From Thermodesulfobacteriota bacterium (GTDB lineage Bacteria > Desulfobacterota_D > UBA1144 > Nemesobacterales > UBA2774), in NCBI GenBank assembly GCA_965216785.1, contig OZ244197.1, forward strand, positions 2,080,001-2,144,000: DNA of 64,000 nucleotides, read 5' to 3'. This document shows, piece after piece, positions 19,656 to 29,144 of this stretch; positions within the stretch are counted from its first letter, which is position 1, and the number at the start of each line of letters is the position of its first letter. The position numbers and the translations under genes were made by a program. The notes under the pieces were generated by a model. That model ran no database searches and was not told where the DNA came from. It saw nothing but the letters and a program-made list of their open reading frames with translations.

Positions 19656-20189
19656 ATGAATACGAAGAATACGGCTATATTGCACGAAGTGCCGGACTGC
19701 GATTTCCGAAGCACGTTCTGGGGTATGAGCATAGAGGGGGTCAAACACTCCGAACCCAGTAAGCCAGAGAGCGAGAGCCCCTCGCACTTGAGCTACAAGG
19801 ACACCGTTTTAGAGCTTGACACCGTAGTGGGATATCATTTTATCGACAATTCCCTTGTAGAGGCGGGGTATGCCTTTCGTGAGCAGTATGAGCGTGAGGG
19901 GCTGTATATAGAGCAGTACGGAAAGTTAAAGGATTACCTCTCGGCCATTTACGGCTCGCCGATGCTGGATGAAGACATAAACACCTTCTGCCCTGACGCG
20001 GGCGGGGAGGGTGAGCAGGAGCCTGAAAGCCTGATGCTTCTTACCGAGTGGCTTACTGACCGCTCGATTATCAGAATGATCCTGATGGGTGATGTGCAAA
20101 GATGCGAGTTCGGTGTACTACACAGGAGCCGGGGGCACATTCACGTGATCGAGAGTACGGAGAAGTCGGTCAAGTGGGGGATAAATTAG
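19656..20189 (+). CDS. Hypothetical protein
   Basis: GGAGG RBS; FR...WGMS..V motif and Y..L...L..YG.P shared with 20650-21183. Confidence 0.7.
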   Translation: MNTKNTAILHEVPDCDFRSTFWGMSIEGVKHSEPSKPESESPSHLSYKDTVLELDTVVGYHFIDNSLVEAGYAFREQYEREGLYIEQYGKLKDYLSAIYGSPMLDEDINTFCPDAGGEGEQEPESLMLLTEWLTDRSIIRMILMGDVQRCEFGVLHRSRGHIHVIESTEKSVKWGIN

Positions 20190-20204
20190 ACTATCATCCG
20201 GGGC

Positions 20205-20555
20205 GCTTAATTTTGTTCCTGCCCCCGGTATTATTTTATCCTGCTCTCGCTCACACAATACGTTCACTCGCCGCCCCCACCGGCATCGCTGTGTTTTTAT
20301 TAATACCCCCGGATCGTGCTTCGCACTCCCGGCTGCCCCCAGTCTCTGTGCTCTTAAATTTATTCCTGCCCCGGCATCGCTGTGAGACGCTCGCCTCTGT
20401 CCCCATAATTTTATTCCAACCCCGGCATCGCTGTGAGTTTTATTTTATCCTGCTCTCACTCACACACTACGTTCACTCGCGGCCCCCAGCCTCTGTCCTC
20501 TTAATTTTATTCCAACCCCGGCATCGCTGTGAGACGCTCGCCTCTGTCCCCATAA
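20205..20555 (+). repeat. Modular tandem array of repeat family B
   Basis: CCCCGGCATCGCTGTGAG occurs three times plus a variant; ATCCTGCTCTC(G/A)CTCACAC..TACGTTCACTCGC twice. Confidence 0.9.
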
Positions 20556-20649
20556 ATAAAATTGTAATTTCACCCTTGCTTCGTTAAAATTTTTTTAAGC
20601 TTGAGTTGATTTGGAGTGGGAAAAACTAAAGAGGGAGGTTTTACCTGCT

Positions 20650-21183
20650 ATGAGGGTATCCATATTATTCCTAACGGGACTTTTGTTTTTAGCTGTCGCC
20701 GCAACTTCCGGCGCATACACAAAGCCAAGTGACGTTTATGGCTGGGAGAATCTCAAGTGGGGTATGCCCGCAAGTGAGGTCGAAAGCGTTTTGGGTAAAG
20801 GCGTTATAAAGAGGCAGGTCAAGCACGATAAACAGGACGGTGTGTATACCGATCTTGAAATGAAGGACATTAATATAGGCGGAAGCAAGTTCAGGGCAAG
20901 CATCTGGATGGATGAGGACACAAAGGAGCTCTCCAAGATCGTTTTTGTCCCTCAGGCTAAAGCAGATGGGTATAGCTTGGCCGAAACTTTCATAAAGCTC
21001 GAGGAGAGCCTGGCTGAAAAATACGGGGATCCGGACGTAGAGAAGACATCTAATGATCCGGGCACATCCGCAGAAAGGGTTTGGAATTTTCCCTCTACCG
21101 AAATTGAGCTGTCGTACCTGAAAATCGAGGACTCGGAGCTCCTCCTGCTTATATTCTCTGAAAGAGAGAAACTCCCGGAGTAA
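20650..21183 (+). CDS. Secreted hypothetical protein
   Basis: GGAGG RBS, signal peptide, GW.NLKWGM...EV, L.EKYG.P. Confidence 0.75.
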   Translation: MRVSILFLTGLLFLAVAATSGAYTKPSDVYGWENLKWGMPASEVESVLGKGVIKRQVKHDKQDGVYTDLEMKDINIGGSKFRASIWMDEDTKELSKIVFVPQAKADGYSLAETFIKLEESLAEKYGDPDVEKTSNDPGTSAERVWNFPSTEIELSYLKIEDSELLLLIFSEREKLPE

Positions 21184-21353
21184 GAGCGCTGCCGCTCCGT
21201 GACGCGCCAACGACTATAACAGCAACGGACGCGTTGGAAAAGATATCTCTATATCTTGCCGGACCTGCTCACTTAGCTATATAACCCTGAAAATAAACAC
21301 TGGAAGGCTATTCAGTACATGTTATGATTACAAAAAAATTTAGGAGGGAATTC

Positions 21354-21944
21354 ATGAATAGGATTTCACTGTTTTCAGTATTGGTTTTGATGCTCGTCTC
21401 ATTTGCCGCGGGAGCTTTTGCTCAGGAAGCGGCGGAAACTGAGATAGAGGCTGGTAAAAAGGGAATCGAAGTAGCCGGAGCAATACAGATGACGGCCACT
21501 GTGCAGGCTATCAACGTAAACGAGAGGGAAGTTGTGCTCGCGAACGACGCCGGTGACGTGAAGGTTATTGAAGCGGGTCCCGAAGTTAAAAACTTTGACC
21601 AGATCGAGGTAGGAGACAAAGTGGTAATCGAGTATTATGAGTCCGTCGCGCTTTTCCTGGGCAGCTCTGAGGACAAACCCGAAGGCGCGCAAGCTCAGGC
21701 GGTGATGACTGCGGAAAAAGGGGAAAAGCCCGCGCTGCTCACGGTTGACGTTCTTGACGCAGTGGCAGAGGTGGTTTCGATCGATAAAGAAAACAGAAAG
21801 GTGGAATTAAAAGGGCCAGAAGGAAAGGTTGTGACAGTTAATGTCGAGCCTGAGATCGGGGACCTGGAAAATATTAAGGTCGGAGACAAAATACGCGTCC
21901 AATATACAGAGGCTCTGGCGGTTTCGGTACAGAGCCCGGAATAA
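21354..21944 (+). CDS. Exported protein with two OB-fold-like repeats
   Basis: Signal peptide; duplicated A.V..I....R.V.L....G / I.VGDK. Confidence 0.75.
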   Translation: MNRISLFSVLVLMLVSFAAGAFAQEAAETEIEAGKKGIEVAGAIQMTATVQAINVNEREVVLANDAGDVKVIEAGPEVKNFDQIEVGDKVVIEYYESVALFLGSSEDKPEGAQAQAVMTAEKGEKPALLTVDVLDAVAEVVSIDKENRKVELKGPEGKVVTVNVEPEIGDLENIKVGDKIRVQYTEALAVSVQSPE

Positions 21945-22262
21945 CCCAAGATTAATAAAAGAATATAATTAGTCCCCACCTGTCCGGCGTTCTCGAAAAT
22001 GCGGGGCAGGCGGGGAGCTTTCCCTAATCTCTGGTGCGCTATAGTATTTATCTTGGCTGTAGCTAATTAAAATGGTACTCCACCATCTGTTCCTTAAATA
22101 GCGGTTATATCATATAATATTCCGTGCTATATTATTGTATTAAAGGGAATGTAACTGGGCCGCATCGCCGTTGGTCTCTTAATTTCTTTGCTTGAGAATT
22201 GTGAGCCGCGCCGCTATAGAGCCCAGAGGTGTGATGGGTTATTTTTTTTTACAGGAGAAGGA

Positions 22263-23987
22263 ATGATGAAGAGAGCTATCCAATCGATACCCCGTCTGGG
22301 TAAGTGCTTAGTTCTATTTGCTTTAACCCTTAGCTTTTCACCAGCATACGCACAAGTAATCGAGACCGAAGAGCGTTCCGTGTCGCCGCAGCTGAAGATA
22401 AACCACACCTCTGAGCGTGGGATGAGAAGAATGGGGAAGCGGGACGGCAGGGGATTTAAATTTAAAACCAGATCAATGGACGGGAGCGGGAATAATAAGA
22501 AAAACCCTGAAATGGGGGCAGCGTTTACCGAGCTCTCAAGACTCCTCCCGGCAGATTACGCTGACGGCGTATCCGCGCTTTCAGGGCAGAGCCGCCCGAG
22601 CGCGAGAGCCGTGAGCAACGCCGTTAGCGCGCAGACTGGCTCTGTGCCGAACTCGCTCAATACAAGCGATTACCTCTGGCAGTGGGGACAGTTCGTAGAC
22701 CATGATATAGACCTTACCGAAGGGGTAGATCCCCCAGAGCCGGCTGATATTGCGGTCCCGGCCGGTGATATGTATTTCGATCCGGATGCGACCGGGACGC
22801 AGGTGATCGAATTTAACCGTTCTATTTATATTGCGGATACAGGTACTTCAGCGGATAACCCAAGGCAGCAGATGAATGAGATCACGGCATGGGTAGACGC
22901 CTCGAACGTCTACGGATCTGACGATGAGAGGGCGAGCGCGCTCCGCACAAACGACGGCACCGGAAAGCTCAAGACTAGCGAAGGAGACTTGCTCCCCTTT
23001 AACATTGACGGATTCCCAAACGCCGGGGGAGATTCCGACGCTCTATTTTTCGCCGGTGACGTGAGAGCAAACGAGCAGGTCGGGCTTGCCACTCTCCACA
23101 CTCTGTTTGTCAGAGAGCACAACCGTATGGCAGAGGAGTTTAAGCGCGAGCACCCGAGATGGGACGGGGACAAGATATACGAGAAAACAAGGCGCATGGT
23201 GGGAGCCCAGATGCAGGTGATTACGTATAATGAATTCCTCCCTGCACTGCTGGGACCGGGCGCGATTTCTCCTTACCAAGGCTATGACAAAAAAGTTGAC
23301 AGTTCTATAATGAATATGTTCTCAACAGCGGCGTACAGGTTCGGGCACAGCGCGCTAAGCCCGACGCTCCTTCGGCTGGACGCTTCGGGCAGTGTGATCC
23401 CTGAAGGAAACCTGGAGCTGAGAGACGCTTTTTTCAACCCCGAGGCCCTGATTAACGAAGGCGGGATAGAGCCGGTTCTAAGAGGCCTTGCGGCTCAGGC
23501 TCACCAGAGGATCGATCCCCTTATAATAGACGACGTGCGGAATTTCCTGTTCGGCCCTCCCGGAGCGGGCGGGTTTGACCTGGCCTCGCTAAACATCCAA
23601 AGGGGCAGGGACCACGCTCTTCCGAGCTATAACGACGTAAGGGAAGGACTCGGGCTGACAAGGGCTCAGGATTTCTCCGACATAAGCTCTGATCAGGAAG
23701 TGGTGGATCGTCTTTCTTCTGTATACGATAGCGTGGACGATGTTGATTTGTGGGTAGGCGGGCTTTCCGAAGACCCGATGCCGGGCGCTCACGTGGGAGA
23801 GCTCTTTTACGAGATAATAACTATGCAGTTTGAGGCTCTTCGGGACGGAGACCGCATGTGGTACACCCGCATGCTGAATAGAAAAGAGATAAGAGAAATC
23901 GAGAATACTAAGCTCTCTGATATTATAAGAAGGAATACCGGTATCGAAGGGGAAATTCCCGACGACGTGTTCCGTGTGAGCAATTGA
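22263..23987 (+). CDS. Secreted animal-type heme peroxidase (peroxidase-cyclooxygenase superfamily)
   Basis: WGQFVDHDID, GDVRANEQ, FVREHN, AYRFGHS, NIQRGRDH, LRDGDR. Confidence 0.95.
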   Translation: MMKRAIQSIPRLGKCLVLFALTLSFSPAYAQVIETEERSVSPQLKINHTSERGMRRMGKRDGRGFKFKTRSMDGSGNNKKNPEMGAAFTELSRLLPADYADGVSALSGQSRPSARAVSNAVSAQTGSVPNSLNTSDYLWQWGQFVDHDIDLTEGVDPPEPADIAVPAGDMYFDPDATGTQVIEFNRSIYIADTGTSADNPRQQMNEITAWVDASNVYGSDDERASALRTNDGTGKLKTSEGDLLPFNIDGFPNAGGDSDALFFAGDVRANEQVGLATLHTLFVREHNRMAEEFKREHPRWDGDKIYEKTRRMVGAQMQVITYNEFLPALLGPGAISPYQGYDKKVDSSIMNMFSTAAYRFGHSALSPTLLRLDASGSVIPEGNLELRDAFFNPEALINEGGIEPVLRGLAAQAHQRIDPLIIDDVRNFLFGPPGAGGFDLASLNIQRGRDHALPSYNDVREGLGLTRAQDFSDISSDQEVVDRLSSVYDSVDDVDLWVGGLSEDPMPGAHVGELFYEIITMQFEALRDGDRMWYTRMLNRKEIREIENTKLSDIIRRNTGIEGEIPDDVFRVSN

Positions 23988-24017
23988 TTCTGCTGTTAAT
24001 TGAATGAAGGAGAGTGT

Positions 24018-24356
24018 ATGAAGACCGAGATTGTAATGAGGGTTTTGATGTGGCTTCTTTTCGCTCTATTTACTTTGGGCCCGTTTTACGCGGGTTTTAC
24101 GAGTGACTTTAATTATCAGGCTTTCGCACAGCCCGATGACGGCACAGCTGAGCCGCCTAGAGATGGACGCGGAGGGCCGCCCGAAGAAGCTGTCGCCGCA
24201 TGCCAAGGGCTTAATGAAGGTGAAGTGTGCTCGTTTGAGTCTCCGAGAGGAGATTTGATACTTGGTATCTGTAAGATGACAAGAGCAGAGGTAAAAGCGT
24301 GTGTTCCGGAAGGGGGTCCTCCGGGAGGGCCACCGCCGCCTAAAGAAAATGAGTAG
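24018..24356 (+). CDS. Small exported Cys/Pro-rich protein
   Basis: N-terminal TM or signal; GPPEEAVAAC..GE.CSF..G.C..CVP. Confidence 0.7.
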   Translation: MKTEIVMRVLMWLLFALFTLGPFYAGFTSDFNYQAFAQPDDGTAEPPRDGRGGPPEEAVAACQGLNEGEVCSFESPRGDLILGICKMTRAEVKACVPEGGPPGGPPPPKENE

Positions 24357-24436
24357 CTGTTAAAAAGTAAGTCCCTTGTAAATGAGCTGAGAGCGTAAGC
24401 TCATACGCCCTCAGCCGAACTGTTTAATATTTAATG

Positions 24437-25471
24437 TTATTCCGCCCAGGGCAAAAGCACTACGTTTCCGCCGACTTTATTACCCGCTATAAGTTTATGC
24501 GCCAGCGAAGCTTCCTTTAAAGGCAGGGTTTTCCCGACTACCGCTTTAATTTTGCCTTCTTTGACTTGTTCAAGGCCCCATTGCAGATCTTCTTTATCAC
24601 CTGATAATGTGCCTCTTAGCTGTTTCTGAGTGAAGAAGAAGTTTCGTATGTCAAACGTGGTCTCTGTTCCCGCGACGAACCCGAAAATAACTATAACTCC
24701 GAGCTGTTTAGCCGCGTCGATGCTCCTGGGGAGCACGTCGCCCCCGAGGTTGTCTATGACTACGTCCGCGCCTTGGCCTTCGGTCCACTCGATCACTTTC
24801 TCGACGAAATCTTCTTTCTCGGTGTTGATTATGAGATCAGCGCCTACTCGTTTCGCGAGCTCTCCTTTCTCGTCGCTCCTGACAGTGGTCGCGACCTGAG
24901 CTCCAAGGGCTTTGGCCACCTGAATCTGCATACTCCCGGAGCCTGAGGCGCCCGAATGTATCAGCACTTTATCTCCGGCTACTACGCCTCCGACTTTCTT
25001 AACCGCCCTTACACCTGAGGCGAGAACCACAGGGAGCGTGGCGGTCTCTTCGGGCGTGAGCCCGGTATCGTCTTTTACAATCCACTCTTCCGGGGTTTCT
25101 AAATACTGAGCGTAAGTGCCCGGTGTGCCGAGACCCTGAAGCGTAAAGCTGGGAGCTGTAGCCGCAGGACGCACGCCGTATTCATTCTTTTCAACTGGGA
25201 ATCCCGGAACCGTGATTACGCGATCTCCAACGGAAAAGCCTGTTACGTCTTCGCCTACTGCTTCGATTTCTCCTGACGCGTCGATTCCCAAAATGTGCGG
25301 GAAGGCAAGCTCAGGCGTTACCGAGCCTTCTCTTATATAGTGATCAAGCCTGTTTACCCCGGAAGCGAGTATTTTTACAAGAACATGCCCCGGACGTACA
25401 CCCGGCTTTGCAACGTCTTCGTATCTTAATACGTCAGCGTCGCCAAATCCGTGTATTACAGATGCTTTCAT
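24437..25471 (-). CDS. MDR-family NAD(P)H:quinone oxidoreductase / zinc-binding ADH-like
   Basis: MKA..IHGFG, PHILGIDASG, GASGSG nucleotide motif; start moved to the ATG after AAGGAG. Confidence 0.9.
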   Translation of the reverse strand: MKASVIHGFGDADVLRYEDVAKPGVRPGHVLVKILASGVNRLDHYIREGSVTPELAFPHILGIDASGEIEAVGEDVTGFSVGDRVITVPGFPVEKNEYGVRPAATAPSFTLQGLGTPGTYAQYLETPEEWIVKDDTGLTPEETATLPVVLASGVRAVKKVGGVVAGDKVLIHSGASGSGSMQIQVAKALGAQVATTVRSDEKGELAKRVGADLIINTEKEDFVEKVIEWTEGQGADVVIDNLGGDVLPRSIDAAKQLGVIVIFGFVAGTETTFDIRNFFFTQKQLRGTLSGDKEDLQWGLEQVKEGKIKAVVGKTLPLKEASLAHKLIAGNKVGGNVVLLPWAE

Positions 25472-25582
25472 GATATTTTTCTCCTTTTGAAATGATTTTG
25501 TCGAACCGATTGAAATAAAAAAACGGCGGAGGAGAACTGGTCTCATCCGCCGCTTTTTCCGGGCTTGCGTGCGCAAGCCATT

Positions 25583-25858
25583 TTATATCACCTGGTCGCC
25601 GCTTACGTTTATTCCGAATACCGTATAAACGTTCTCGTGCTCAGTCTCTTCAATCGTCTCTTTGGACTCTTTATTGTTGAGCTTCTGAACATTCAGAGTG
25701 TCCATAAGGCCCTGAGCAACGTAGCCGCCGCGGCTCGTATCGCTTACTTCTTTGTTCTCAAGAGGAAGACTAACGCCAAACGCGTTTACTTCCGCCTGAG
25801 AGGTGAGCGGGAAGCTGAGTCCCACTGCCAATGCACTTGCTAGAATTAACTTCTTCAT
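25583..25858 (-). CDS. Small secreted protein family X, paralog 1
   Basis: GGAGG RBS, signal peptide ending SQA, AFGV..P.E..EVS...RGGYVA....D...VQK shared with three other ORFs. Confidence 0.85.
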   Translation of the reverse strand: MKKLILASALAVGLSFPLTSQAEVNAFGVSLPLENKEVSDTSRGGYVAQGLMDTLNVQKLNNKESKETIEETEHENVYTVFGINVSGDQVI

Positions 25859-25916
25859 TTTACTGCCTCCTGTTTTAGCGGGTTTTGACCCGCCGTATTT
25901 TTTACATTCACTACAT

Positions 25917-25944
25917 TAGTTGCAACTGCAACTATAAAGGATTC
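25917..25944 (-). promoter_or_regulatory. GTTGCA-N2-TGCAAC operator with linked GAATCC element
   Basis: TAGTTGCAACTGCAACTA 25917-25934; GGATTC 25939-25944. Confidence 0.8.
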
Positions 25945-26084
25945 AAAATTATTCTTATGCTCGGTTTTACGTTTGCTGCGATAATTTATGAGTGCGCGGG
26001 GTAAGGTTAACAATCGACCGAATTAGTGTAGAATTCTCACATAAACAGCTCATATGGATAGAGCATTATTTTTACGGCGAGCGT

Positions 26085-26783
26085 ATGATAATTTCTCATA
26101 AATACAAGTTTATATTCATAAAAACCAGGAAAACCGCGGGCTCGAGCATACAGATATATCTCTCTGAGCAATGCGGCGAAGGGGATATAGTCAGCACGAT
26201 AGACCGCCCGGAGAGACCCTACAGGCCAAGGAACTACAGGGGTTTTTATAACCCCTTGCCCGAGCTTATGGAAAGGAATTCAGCCGGGGGCGTGATGAAG
26301 ACCCTTGGCAGGTTCATTGCGCTTAAGAAGTTTCAGTCTCACATAAAAGCCCGTGAGGTCAGGGAGCGCGTGCCCAAAGATATATGGGAGGGGTACTATA
26401 AATTCACGGTTGAGAGAAACCCCTGGGATAAGGTGCTCTCGCACTACCACTTCGCGCGTAAACGTTATGACAGATACGCTACAGATATCTCATTTGACGA
26501 GTACCTAAGGACCGCCGATCTGCCTTATAACTACAGGAAGTACACGGACCTAGAGGGGAATATTATGGTCGATCGGGTAGTGCACTACGAGAATTTGAAC
26601 GAGGAGCTGGGCGAGGTGTTCGGGCAGCTGGGAGTGCCGTTTGAGGGCTCGCTCGGCGCGCAGGAGAAATCGCACTACCGTAAGGACAGAAGACCGTATC
26701 AGGAAGTATATACAGAAGAGCAGAAGTCACTTGTCGCGGAGCTGTTCTCCACGGAAATAGATCTTCTGGGGTATAAGTTCTAA
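26085..26783 (+). CDS. Sulfotransferase family 2 protein
   Basis: MIISHKYKFIFIKTRKTAGSS, FTVERNPWDKVLS. Confidence 0.88.
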   Translation: MIISHKYKFIFIKTRKTAGSSIQIYLSEQCGEGDIVSTIDRPERPYRPRNYRGFYNPLPELMERNSAGGVMKTLGRFIALKKFQSHIKAREVRERVPKDIWEGYYKFTVERNPWDKVLSHYHFARKRYDRYATDISFDEYLRTADLPYNYRKYTDLEGNIMVDRVVHYENLNEELGEVFGQLGVPFEGSLGAQEKSHYRKDRRPYQEVYTEEQKSLVAELFSTEIDLLGYKF

Positions 26784-26798
26784 TCTCTTTAGACCGGT

Positions 26799-27497
26799 TT
26801 AAATTTTCTCCGCAATGTAGCCGTTTATCATCAAATTTTTCCAGAATAGCCGGATGTTTTTAAAGCCAGCTTCCTCCAGCATCGATATAGTCTGGGCTTC
26901 GGTTAGAATGGGCAGGTTCTGGCGTACCCTTTCAAGGGTTTTTTCTATTTCTTCCTCATCGTCGTCCCTGTGGGTTTTTTGAAACGCCTCCCACGCGAGC
27001 ATGAACGCAGTGAATCTTTCGTCGTCTCTACGGCCCGTGATGTCCGCTGTAAGGAGCGGCGCGCCCGGCTTTAGCCTCTTTGCTATACCGCTTAAATACG
27101 CGGGCTTGTCGTCATAGGGTATAAAGTGCTTAACAAGGATGGAAGTCGCGGCGTCAAATGATTCAGAAGGCGCGTCATCTATAGTGCCGTGAATGATCCG
27201 GACCCTTTCCCGCAGCCCCACGTAGGCGATCTTTGCCTTCGCTACGAGGACCATCTGATCGGAAGGGTCAAAGCCTGTAATATTCCATCCGGAGTTTTCG
27301 CTTGCGTACGATATGGCTTCGGTTCCCGTACCCGAGCCGCAAACGAGAAGATCGGCGGATTCGGGAAGGGATGTGCCGAGAATATGCCCCGCGGTTGAGT
27401 GAAGGGACTCGTAGCCCGGGATTATATTCGCGACCTCTTTGTCGTAAAGCTGCGCTCTATCGTTAAACCTTCTAACCGGATCAAATGGCTCTGGCAT
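26799..27497 (-). CDS. Class I SAM-dependent methyltransferase (CmoA-like)
   Basis: IPGY, LVCGSGTG, FDAATS, LKPGA. Confidence 0.85.
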   Translation of the reverse strand: MPEPFDPVRRFNDRAQLYDKEVANIIPGYESLHSTAGHILGTSLPESADLLVCGSGTGTEAISYASENSGWNITGFDPSDQMVLVAKAKIAYVGLRERVRIIHGTIDDAPSESFDAATSILVKHFIPYDDKPAYLSGIAKRLKPGAPLLTADITGRRDDERFTAFMLAWEAFQKTHRDDDEEEIEKTLERVRQNLPILTEAQTISMLEEAGFKNIRLFWKNLMINGYIAEKI

Positions 27498-27607
27498 TTC
27501 AATATGTTACATGATGCAACAATGAGTGTAAGGGTATATATAAATTTACCGACATAGAGGAGAAATGAATATTAGTATGCTGGAAGTGCAATATGGTTAA
27601 TTAAGAT

Positions 27608-27771
27608 TTCTTCTTTTGCATGATCAAAAGAAGCAAAAATCACCGACTGGACATAAATTACGCTAAAAATGAATTCTGTAAGCTAAACCTCCACAATTCC
27701 GCCCACACCCCGTGTGAGGTTTTTAACGCTTCCATAATTCATTTTCTTCACGCTATTTATGTATGTCGGAA
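27608..27771. repeat. Dispersed structured repeat family A, copy 2
   Basis: Colinear with 929-1092. Confidence 0.9.
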
Positions 27772-27882
27772 GCTTAAAAATTAAAGTGCAAAGTATTCAC
27801 TTCGTTTGGAAGCTTTAGAATTATTTGCTGTCTTGACGGATGCGGAGCCGGGAATATCTGGTATATTAATCAATTCCAAGTT

Positions 27883-28302
27883 ATGAATAAAACGCGAAGA
27901 GATATCAGAGACAGGGAAGATTTGGACAAACTGATGGCCCGGTTCTACGAGCGAATGATGGTAGACGATGTCATTGGGTACATCTTTACCCACTACGCCA
28001 AGATAAACCTTGACGAGCACCTGCCTATCCTTTCAGATTTTTGGGAGACGATTCTTTTCGAAAGGCCCGTGTACAAGAGGGGTCCTAAGGCTATGAACGT
28101 GCACATAGACCTAGCCAAAAAAGTGCCGCTGAGAAATCAGCATTTCAACCGCTGGCTGTACCTTTTCGACACAACTGTGGACGAGCTGTTCGCGGGCGAG
28201 CTTGCCCTTAAAGCCAAGGAGCGCGCGAGCTCAATCGCAAAGACAATGCAAAAGAGAATCGGCCCGCTTCCAGACTGCGGACTAGACGTTGTAGCCGTTT
28301 AG
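27883..28302 (+). CDS. Group III truncated hemoglobin
   Basis: FYERM..DD.IG.IF, EHLP..DFW, HFNRWL.LF..TVDE.F. Confidence 0.92.
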   Translation: MNKTRRDIRDREDLDKLMARFYERMMVDDVIGYIFTHYAKINLDEHLPILSDFWETILFERPVYKRGPKAMNVHIDLAKKVPLRNQHFNRWLYLFDTTVDELFAGELALKAKERASSIAKTMQKRIGPLPDCGLDVVAV

Positions 28303-28946
28303 CTTGTAAGCCCTTTTACCTTCGTATATATATACGCCCCGGCGGCAGAGCCGGCGAATCCGTCCAGAAAGCCCCAGAGAGTCCAGTAAAAAACTTCTGA
28401 ATAGGTTTTGGGAAATAAAAGGTACGACTGCCTCGCCTTATACAAAAACTCGTTTCTGAAAAACTCCTCAAGCTGTGTAAACAAAAGAAAAAGGGGTCTT
28501 ATGCTGAAGTCGAACATCCTGAGATTGAGCGCGTACTCTACGCTTATAACAGCCAGAACGCCCGTGCAGAGGCCGAAAACTATGCCGAAAGAGAGCGCAA
28601 AGCTGAGCACTGAAAATCCGGGAGCGGCTTGTTTGCTTTGAAAAAGTTTATATATGAGGGCGATGAGAGCCCCGCTTACAAATCCGTCCGCAAAGCCAAG
28701 GAGCGTTGATAGGATGATGTTAACAGGTGTGAGGGGCATGCCGTTTTCGGCATAGGAGATAATTCCCTCGAAATGAGAGCCTAGCCCAAGAGCATCAGCG
28801 GCTATGAGCGCCGATCCTGTGAGGGGCCTGAAATCCAGCTCGACCCATGAAAAAGCCTCTCCGTTGGCAATGGAGATGATTACCAGCAGGAGCGCGGCGC
28901 ATGCCCACACTATCCCTGAATATATTGCAAAGCGTATCGGCCTCAT
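28299..28946 (-). CDS. Hypothetical membrane protein with internal duplication
   Basis: Two halves each with DF/DFS.RPL and GF.DGF..G. Confidence 0.65.
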   Translation of the reverse strand: MRPIRFAIYSGIVWACAALLLVIISIANGEAFSWVELDFRPLTGSALIAADALGLGSHFEGIISYAENGMPLTPVNIILSTLLGFADGFVSGALIALIYKLFQSKQAAPGFSVLSFALSFGIVFGLCTGVLAVISVEYALNLRMFDFSIRPLFLLFTQLEEFFRNEFLYKARQSYLLFPKTYSEVFYWTLWGFLDGFAGSAAGAYIYTKVKGLTS

Positions 28947-29144
28947 TTATAAAACTTTACCTGCTACGGCTATATATTTAACCGCACCGGGAAAGACGCG
29001 CGGCACGGAACGGGTATGTCGTATAAACCGTATCGTATAAAAAGCATATATTACATATATACGCAGTAATATATATCAAACTACACTCCGGTTAAAAATT
29101 GCGTTACATTTATTTATAAAGAGTGAGATGGAAGGGTCTTTCTT

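Noticed and set aside
20205-20555. CRISPR array
   Set aside because: Units are irregular, the intervening segments are themselves repeated rather than unique spacers, and no cas genes are nearby
20102-20587. 161-aa ORF with repeated PRHRCE
   Set aside because: Translation of the noncoding repeat array; overlaps the upstream gene
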